Of a DNA stretch of 13,709 nt, positions 8,228 to 13,709 are shown piece after piece. The notes under the pieces were generated by a model. It did no database searches and had not been told where the DNA came from. It was given only the letters and a program-made list of their open reading frames with translations. Source of the DNA: Planctomycetota bacterium (lineage in GTDB: Bacteria > Planctomycetota > JADGBV01); NCBI GenBank assembly GCA_015231345.1, contig JADGBV010000063.1, positions 1 through 13,709 of the forward strand. Direction: 5' to 3'. A program made the translations under genes and the position numbers. Each line of letters opens with the position of its first letter. Positions within the stretch are counted from its first letter, which is position 1.

Positions 8228-10411
8228 TTGTTTTTCGCAAAGAAATTTCTTGCCATTTATTTAGCTGCGATTCTATGCATATCTCATTGTAGCAAAGCTG
8301 ATATTAAGTCATTATCAGGAACCATCAGCTTAGACTCTAATCTAGACAACAAAACCGAAGCCATCTTAAATTCAACAGGCTTAGGAATAGGAACAACACC
8401 ACAGAGCAACCTCCATATTGCTGGCAATGCCATATTTACGACTTCCTTGTCAATTGGGGACACTTCCATTAGCTCAAGCAACCTAAATGTCTCAGGCACA
8501 CTATCCTATAACATAAATTCAATCACCTCATCACGTACCCTTTCAGGCAATCACTCCACCTATCTAGTCGAGACTGGCGGCACTGGTAACATCGAACTTT
8601 TTATGCCCTCTCCTTCAGCTCATGAGGGAAAAATACTGACATTCAAGAAAACCTATTCCGGAAATACCGTAACATTAAGTCATGTCACTCAACTCGATGG
8701 AATTGGAGATTTAGATCTAGGCGATGGAGCTGTCGTTAGCTTGGTATCAAACGCTAAATACTGGTATATTATAAATATAAATCAAGGGAGCAGTTCTGGA
8801 ACAGCCGAGATTGTACCACCTAAAGCTGACACCCAAATGAGCTTAGGCTTTGACAGTGACCTAGAAGATGAAAGCGCATACGATAATGATGGTAGTTTCT
8901 CAGGCAACACCTATGCTGCTGCAGCCACAACAGGCGTTGTGGGCAAGGGATTAGATTTTGACGGGGTTGATGATTTTATTGAGGTGGATCATTCCAGTTC
9001 ATTAAGTCTAGCAAATGCAGGCTCCATCAGTTTATGGATTAAGCCTTCATCCAACATTGCAAGTCAAGGTACATTATCAGGATTCACAGAGATCACAGCG
9101 CCTCAAGGAACTGGGGTAAATTCACCTGGGCAGGTATCCATGACCTTGGTTGGCAATACGATTAAAATGGCCTCCGCTCAACATGATGATGGGAATGAGA
9201 AGTATCAGTATGGAGGGACTGGAGAAGATTTTAGTGGTTTATCATGGACCGATTTCACAGCATCATCCGGTTCTGGCAAAGGCGAATCGACTTCTATTGC
9301 CATTGATTCCGATGGAGACAAACTGTACTACGCCTCATTTACTCATCAGGGATTAAGCGAATTTGTTCATACAACCAGTTCAAATCTGGACTTTGCAAAT
9401 ATTTCCACTTGGGCTGAAACCTCTAACCCTCCTCCTGATGGAGCTGGGCACAACGATCCCTGCTTTATGGATATGGTTTTAGTCGACACCAAAATGTACA
9501 TTGCACTCTATCTTCATGATGGTGGCATAGAAAAGGCCTATGTCACATCAGTTAATTTAGATGGTAGCGGTGCAAGTTGGCAAGATATCACCTCGACTCT
9601 TGATGGTGGCGGTGGAGCAGAGTACTCCATGCCTGCCATAGATTCAGACGGAGAGAAATTGTACTATGCCTTTTTTGCAAATAATAATGCGGATGAGTAT
9701 TTATACTTCGCCTCTTCAAATTTAGATGGAAGTGACTTTGCATTAACCTCAACGATTACAGCTCCTGATGCTACAAGAAAAGACTCTCCCATATCCATAT
9801 CTATGGTCATTGCTGGCGACACAATTCATTATAGTATTTATGTCGGCAATGCCGATGGAGCGCAACTTTTCACAGCCTATGGTGACAAAGCATACACTAC
9901 TTTTAGCGGCTGGACTGATCAAGGGTATAATTACAACCGAGATCTAGGCATTAAAGTCAGTGCTACAGTTGATATGGTTACTGATGGCAAAGCAATTTCT
10001 ATTCTCACACATTCTTCGAATGTTACCCTTGGTGATAATTTAATGTATGCCACAATTCCTCTTGATGGAGGACCTATCCTTAGTAAAGGGGATGCTTATG
10101 CACTTCATTATACCGGTGGCGGCCTTGTATTTGATTGGGCAGGCTCTCCCAAAAGTTTCGGCAGTCTACCAGCGAATACCTATACTCATGTAGGCATTAC
10201 CTACGATGGAAATGTAATGAATTATTACATCAATGGGTCTCAAGTACGTCGACAGACCGTAACAGCAGACTTCACCCTCACTTCTGACAATCTATTAATT
10301 GGTGGCGATGGGGTATCGAGGTATTTCGATGGTCATTTGGATGAAGTTAAAATATTTGGGCGTGGGCTATCAGCGAGTGAAATGTCCGATTTATATTTAC
10401 TCGGCCAGTAA
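8228..10411 (+). CDS. Secreted LamG (concanavalin A-like lectin/glucanase, Laminin_G_3-type) domain protein with internal DSDG-KLYYA repeats; TTG start
   Basis: Signal peptide MFFAKKFLAIYLAAILCISHCSKA. The LamG_3 N-terminal hallmark GKGLDFDGVDDFIEVDHSSSLSLANAGSISLWIKP lies at aa ~240. The LamG_3 C-terminal hallmark YFDGHLDEVKIFGRGLSASEMSDLY lies at the extreme C-terminus. The two repeated segments are AIDSDGDKLYYASF and AIDSDGEKLYYAFF. Confidence 0.85.
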   Translation: MFFAKKFLAIYLAAILCISHCSKADIKSLSGTISLDSNLDNKTEAILNSTGLGIGTTPQSNLHIAGNAIFTTSLSIGDTSISSSNLNVSGTLSYNINSITSSRTLSGNHSTYLVETGGTGNIELFMPSPSAHEGKILTFKKTYSGNTVTLSHVTQLDGIGDLDLGDGAVVSLVSNAKYWYIININQGSSSGTAEIVPPKADTQMSLGFDSDLEDESAYDNDGSFSGNTYAAAATTGVVGKGLDFDGVDDFIEVDHSSSLSLANAGSISLWIKPSSNIASQGTLSGFTEITAPQGTGVNSPGQVSMTLVGNTIKMASAQHDDGNEKYQYGGTGEDFSGLSWTDFTASSGSGKGESTSIAIDSDGDKLYYASFTHQGLSEFVHTTSSNLDFANISTWAETSNPPPDGAGHNDPCFMDMVLVDTKMYIALYLHDGGIEKAYVTSVNLDGSGASWQDITSTLDGGGGAEYSMPAIDSDGEKLYYAFFANNNADEYLYFASSNLDGSDFALTSTITAPDATRKDSPISISMVIAGDTIHYSIYVGNADGAQLFTAYGDKAYTTFSGWTDQGYNYNRDLGIKVSATVDMVTDGKAISILTHSSNVTLGDNLMYATIPLDGGPILSKGDAYALHYTGGGLVFDWAGSPKSFGSLPANTYTHVGITYDGNVMNYYINGSQVRRQTVTADFTLTSDNLLIGGDGVSRYFDGHLDEVKIFGRGLSASEMSDLYLLGQ

Positions 10412-10510
10412 ATAGTCCCACTTAATCATAAAACCTTGCAGTTAAGGGCTCAAAGCATCTCCTAAATCAATTCCCAGCGACTTGCTTTCCATAAAACTCG
10501 TATCACCCTC

Positions 10511-10540
10511 TTGACATCAATTCGCTTATTTTAATATAAT
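10511..10540 (+). promoter_or_regulatory. Near-consensus sigma70 promoter TTGACA(10511-10516)-18 nt-TATAAT(10535-10540) driving the small secreted-protein gene with a very short leader
   Basis: Both hexamers are perfect consensus, read directly. The predicted TSS is ~10547, only ~9 nt before ATG 10556. Confidence 0.45.
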
Positions 10541-10555
10541 TGAACGGATTTGTCA

Positions 10556-10927
10556 ATGAAAATTATCTTACTTATACTTTTTATCTACTGCACCCTTGGT
10601 ACAGAAATGCTTTGTGCCTACCAAGGCAAGTGGTCATTCGTCAAAGAAGATTTCAAGAAAGTCCACCCTTGGCTGCCAAATTCCCTTATAAATAGGGCAT
10701 TAAGAACTCGTCTTGTTCTTAAAGAAGATAGTTACGCCCAATTTGACCACAATGGCAAATTGATGAAAAGCATCAGAGAACTGAAAGTTTTAAAGAAAAA
10801 GAGTGAAAGTCACTGGCTTTTACAAAGAAAAGAAGGAAATAAGCAGATTGAATTTGAGGTCTATTTTAAGGACTCTAAATGGTTTTACCTAGAAGGCAAG
10901 AAAACCTATCAAATTGAGCAAAAGTAA
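10556..10927 (+). CDS. Small secreted/lipo-protein of unknown function (123 aa from ATG 10556; the ORF track's TTG at 10550 is an alternative start)
   Basis: N-terminal signal-like segment MKIILLILFIYCTLGTEMLCAYQ, with Cys residues near the cleavage region, followed by a lysine-rich soluble domain. The gene has its own strong promoter. I recognise no known domain. Confidence 0.6.
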   Translation: MKIILLILFIYCTLGTEMLCAYQGKWSFVKEDFKKVHPWLPNSLINRALRTRLVLKEDSYAQFDHNGKLMKSIRELKVLKKKSESHWLLQRKEGNKQIEFEVYFKDSKWFYLEGKKTYQIEQK

Positions 10928-10975
10928 CAGATATCTTGCTAATTTATATAGAAAATATGCGCTTCACCCATAGAA

Positions 10976-11137
10976 TCATTCTTCGATTTCGTGTTCCTTT
11001 CTGAATTTCTGAGCAAAATTCATTATCCAATTCACAACAGCCGCTTCACCTAGATCTCGTCCGGCTTTTTCGGACTCAATCCATTTGTATCTTTCGATTT
11101 CACGAATTTGCATGCTGTTGTAATCTTGCAAGGTCAT
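10976..11137 (-). CDS. Unlisted 53-aa minus-strand ORF (MTLQDYNSMQIREIERYKWIESEKAGRDLGEAAVVNWIMNFAQKFRKEHEIEE) with strong SD; small conserved-looking hypothetical protein
   Basis: Manual reverse-complement translation. ATG at 11135-11137 (plus-strand coordinates), stop TGA at 10976-10978. AGGAGAGAGAC lies immediately upstream of the ATG on the minus strand. The ORF fills an otherwise empty 500-bp gap between convergent/divergent genes. It is below the 60-aa cutoff of the supplied track. Confidence 0.45.
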   Translation of the reverse strand: MTLQDYNSMQIREIERYKWIESEKAGRDLGEAAVVNWIMNFAQKFRKEHEIEE

Positions 11138-11193
11138 GTCTCTCTCCTATTTAACTATTATCGACCTTCTCACTCATTTAGAATAGCTAATTC

Positions 11194-11209
11194 TGTGATA
11201 TAACTTACA
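11194..11209. promoter_or_regulatory. CRP-like site TGTGA-tataac-TTACA (one mismatch to TGTGA-N6-TCACA)
   Basis: Read directly. It lies ~60-65 bp upstream of the minus-strand small ORF start, a position compatible with class II-like placement. Confidence 0.3.
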
Positions 11210-11253
11210 CTAGACTTGATAAGCACGGAAATTCAACAATTTCTAGGATACGA

Positions 11254-11269
11254 TGTGAGTTATTTCACA
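11254..11269. promoter_or_regulatory. CRP-like site TGTGA-gttatt-TCACA (perfect match to CRP core consensus half-sites)
   Basis: Read directly. It is flanked by partially palindromic cga/acg. Its centre lies 60 bp from the other CRP-like site, in the divergent region between the small minus-strand ORF and the beta-helix gene. Confidence 0.4.
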
Positions 11270-11376
11270 ACGATACAGCACGTCAAATGAGACACTTTCA
11301 AGTTAAAGCGTTGATGAATTCATTCTATGAGCCTGGTTCCACCCCAGTCTAACAAACAACCTAAAATTAAGTATTC

Positions 11377-11404
11377 TTGATGAAAGAGGCAGTGAATGTA
11401 TCAT
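11377..11404 (+). promoter_or_regulatory. Candidate promoter for beta-helix gene: TTGATG(11377-11382)-16 nt-TATCAT(11399-11404); AAGGA SD at 11423-11427
   Basis: Hexamers and SD read from the sequence. Moderate match only. Confidence 0.25.
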
Positions 11405-11435
11405 GTCAAAAAACTGCTGGGCAAGGACACCTTGA

Positions 11436-13685
11436 ATGAGAAATAACACTAAGCACCTAACTCTAATTATAGCACTTTGCCTTATCCCTTTTAACTTCAT
11501 TGAAGCAAGGGATTATTATGTGAGTCCTAACGGCTCAGACCATAACCCAGGCACCCTCAAACATCCCTTAAAGACATTTTCCGCAGTCACAAAAAAGCTA
11601 AAACCAGGCGATACCTGCATCATTCGCGAAGGCATCTACTCCGAAGTCCTGCGTCCACAATCTTCAGGAGAAGCTAAAAAACCTATAACCTTCACAAACT
11701 ATAAAAATGAGAAAGTAGTACTTACTGGTGCCGATACAATAACTGGCTGGGCAAAGGAGGAAAATGGAATCTACTCAGCGCCAATGCCATGGAGCCTCCC
11801 TGAAGGCAATCAGGTTTTTGCTAATGGCACCATGCTTAGTGAGGCGGTATGGCCTGCGTCCGGTGATGAGCATTTATTCAAACCCATACGGGCAAAAGCC
11901 ACAAAAGGAACTCCAACTACCCTAACATGCCCAGAAATACCCGGAGGAAAAGATTCATGGAAAGAAGCACAGCTGTGGTGTGCAGGAGGAGCAGCTTGGA
12001 TTTGCTGGACAGCATCGGTTACAGGATACGACGACACAACAAAAACGCTGAGTTTCAAGCTAGAAAAATGGAAGAATAAGTGGTATTTTCCTAAGAAAGG
12101 GAACTTATTCTCACTTAGAGGAATCCGGCAAGCACTCAAAGCACCCGGACAGTGGCTCTATGACAACAATAAGAAGCGTTTGCTTCTTATCCCGCCAAAA
12201 GGCACTCCTATAGAATCAATTCATATCGAAGCGAAACGCCGGAAAAATGTAATTGATCTCAAAGGGCGATCTCATATCATCATCTCAGGCTTAGACTTCC
12301 GTTCAGGAGGGCTTCATTCAAATAAAGAATCATCGCACATAACTCTCAAAAACCTTCGTGGAAGGTACCTGTCGCACTCCTATACCAGAAATATGAGTTT
12401 CGAAACAGGAGTCATCATTTCTGGAGATCATTGCCTCGTTCTTAATTGCGACTTCGGCTATGCTTCTGGCTCAGTACTCCATGTACGCGGCAAAAACAAC
12501 CGAGTGATTAATTCCTATCTTCATCATGGCTGTTACTCGGGACTTTTCAGCAGTGGAACGGTATTTCTTTCCGGCACACGCACTCTATTCAGCCACAATA
12601 CTGTACGTCATGCAGGGCGTGATTTAATCAATACCTCCCACTTAATGGAAAGCCTCGTCCAATATAACGATGTCTCCGATGCCGGCTGGTTAACCAAAGA
12701 CCTGGGTATGTTTTATGGTCATAATACAGACTTTGCAGGAACACGATTTTGCTACAACCTAGTGCACGACAATCATGCAGAACATTGTGCTATGGGTATA
12801 TACTTCGACCATCTTAGTCATAATGCCATTTTACATAATAATATCATATGGAATGTAGGAATGGATGCTATTCGTTTTAATAACCCTAGTTATTGCAACC
12901 TCATTTTCAAGAATACCTTTTGGAATACTGGACCACTACGAACCTTCGATCACACCAAAAGAAACGATCTTTTTGCTTGTCGTTTTTCCCAAAATATTTT
13001 TAATGCTAAAACAAATCTCCCCAAGCATGTTAATCTGAGCAATAATCTAGTGAGTCGCACCCCGCCACTTCGCAACCCAGCCAAAGGTGATTTTCGTCTC
13101 ACTGATAATATTCGAGAAAAAGTTGGAGCTCTTGAACCAGGACAAGCCATCTTTAAAGCTGGATGTGATTTTGATAATCCGCCGAAGCCCTTACCAGTGT
13201 ATACAACAAAACGCTTTCCTTGGATGAACGGCATCAAGAATGCATGTTTTGAGTATTCATCACTTGAATACTGGCAAAAGAAAAGAGCTCAAACAGCTAA
13301 ACTGACCAAAGGGAACGGATGGGGAAATGAAAATGGTAGAAAAGCACTTCACCAAACCGGCACCTCTAAACAAGAACTTCGCCTCGGGCCAGAAAATGAT
13401 GAGATTATTCAAGTAGTGAAGAACCTCAGTCCTAATACTCCTTATACATTTTCGGTTTGGTTGAGAGTTTCTTCTAGCGAAGAAAAAGTGCTTGCAACAG
13501 TGCAAGGGCATGGAGGGGCTGCCAAAACAACCTCTTCTAGCTCTGTAGAGTGGGTACGCAAAAGCATTTCATTTACAACCGGACCTCAATCAACGAGAGC
13601 CATCATCTCTCTGATAAAGTCTTCTGGAGGAAAGGGTTATGCATGGTGTGACAATGCAGTATTACCACTAACTCCTGCTAATTGA
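11436..13685 (+). CDS. Secreted right-handed parallel beta-helix (pectate-lyase fold, PbH1 repeats) protein with C-terminal CBM4/9-like carbohydrate-binding module; candidate polysaccharide lyase/glycosidase
   Basis: Signal peptide MRNNTKHLTLIIALCLIPFNFIEA. The N-terminal cap DYYVSPNGSDHNPGTLKHPLKTF...KPGDTCIIREGIY is typical of beta-helix enzymes. Multiple PbH1-like repeats are present (IISGLDFRSGG, VIISGDHCLVLNCDF, NRVINSYLHHG, LFSHNTVRHAG, VQYNDVSDAG, LVHDNHAEH, ILHNNIIWNVG, LIFKNTFWNTG). The C-terminal ~150 aa match the CBM_4_9 pattern (W...NLSPNTPYTFSVWLRVS...VEWVRKSISFTTG...DNAVL). Confidence 0.9.
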   Translation: MRNNTKHLTLIIALCLIPFNFIEARDYYVSPNGSDHNPGTLKHPLKTFSAVTKKLKPGDTCIIREGIYSEVLRPQSSGEAKKPITFTNYKNEKVVLTGADTITGWAKEENGIYSAPMPWSLPEGNQVFANGTMLSEAVWPASGDEHLFKPIRAKATKGTPTTLTCPEIPGGKDSWKEAQLWCAGGAAWICWTASVTGYDDTTKTLSFKLEKWKNKWYFPKKGNLFSLRGIRQALKAPGQWLYDNNKKRLLLIPPKGTPIESIHIEAKRRKNVIDLKGRSHIIISGLDFRSGGLHSNKESSHITLKNLRGRYLSHSYTRNMSFETGVIISGDHCLVLNCDFGYASGSVLHVRGKNNRVINSYLHHGCYSGLFSSGTVFLSGTRTLFSHNTVRHAGRDLINTSHLMESLVQYNDVSDAGWLTKDLGMFYGHNTDFAGTRFCYNLVHDNHAEHCAMGIYFDHLSHNAILHNNIIWNVGMDAIRFNNPSYCNLIFKNTFWNTGPLRTFDHTKRNDLFACRFSQNIFNAKTNLPKHVNLSNNLVSRTPPLRNPAKGDFRLTDNIREKVGALEPGQAIFKAGCDFDNPPKPLPVYTTKRFPWMNGIKNACFEYSSLEYWQKKRAQTAKLTKGNGWGNENGRKALHQTGTSKQELRLGPENDEIIQVVKNLSPNTPYTFSVWLRVSSSEEKVLATVQGHGGAAKTTSSSSVEWVRKSISFTTGPQSTRAIISLIKSSGGKGYAWCDNAVLPLTPAN

Positions 13686-13709
13686 TAATTTCTAGGATCT
13701 ACGCAAGTA

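Noticed and set aside
8284-9356. ORFs 8284-8499 (minus) and 9150-9356 (plus, other frame) within the LamG gene
   Set aside because: They are nested in a CDS that has a signal peptide and LamG motifs. They lack start context and have low-complexity translations.
10412-10510. Intrinsic terminator after the LamG gene
   Set aside because: Only a 4-bp CCTT/AAGG pairing is present. There is no convincing stem plus U-tract.
10550-10552. TTG at 10550 as start of the small secreted protein (as in the ORF track)
   Set aside because: An ATG two codons downstream (10556) gives a cleaner MKIILL signal peptide. Either start is possible, and I reported the ATG.
11303-11500. Minus-strand 65-aa ORF overlapping the promoter and start of the beta-helix gene
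   Set aside because: It overlaps the candidate -35/-10 and start codon of a strongly supported gene. It has no SD and a random-looking sequence.
11810-13511. Minus-strand ORFs 11810-12139, 12950-13237 and 13260-13511 inside the beta-helix gene
   Set aside because: They are antisense to a CDS with clear PbH1 repeats and a CBM domain. They show no independent signals.
1-13709. Mobile elements, integrases/transposases, toxin-antitoxin or restriction-modification genes as markers of a defence island
   Set aside because: None of the ORFs resembles a transposase, integrase, nuclease or methyltransferase. I see no terminal inverted repeats or flanking direct repeats. The window looks like ordinary chromosomal context rather than a mobile island.

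Overview
This is a low-GC (roughly 40-43% by eye) bacterial chromosomal segment with seven supportable protein-coding genes and no rRNA, tRNA, CRISPR array or recognisable mobile element. The first three genes run in the same direction and are tightly spaced, forming an apparent operon. (1) A 5'-truncated NfeD/YqiJ-like small membrane protein with two transmembrane helices and a soluble C-terminal OB-fold-like tail. (2) A 683-aa flotillin-like SPFH/band-7 protein (YqiK/FloT-type) with an N-terminal transmembrane anchor and a long E/R/K/A-rich coiled coil. (3) A giant 1718-aa cytoplasmic protein with a large N-terminal domain I cannot place, a roughly 500-aa coiled-coil/alpha-helical middle, and a C-terminal AAA+ module of the MoxR/AAA_5 type (Walker A GYGKTT, Walker B LDD, and the signature GNPyteSGTrfqvPDmLsnRadtynL). 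Genes 2 and 3 are separated by a 92-bp spacer carrying a strong GC-rich hairpin that has no U-tract. The right half of the window encodes, each behind its own sigma70-like promoter candidate, a secreted LamG (concanavalin-A-like lectin) protein with internal repeats and a TTG start, a small secreted 123-125-aa protein of unknown function, and a secreted parallel beta-helix (pectate-lyase-fold) protein with a C-terminal CBM4/9-like carbohydrate-binding module. I also found a 53-aa minus-strand ORF with a strong Shine-Dalgarno that is absent from the supplied ORF track. Its divergent promoter region holds one perfect and one near-perfect CRP-type site (TGTGA-N6-TCACA). I rank the NfeD-flotillin-giant AAA+ ATPase linkage as the most interesting candidate for an undescribed functional module. 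All domain calls come from reading motifs by eye; no database search was possible.
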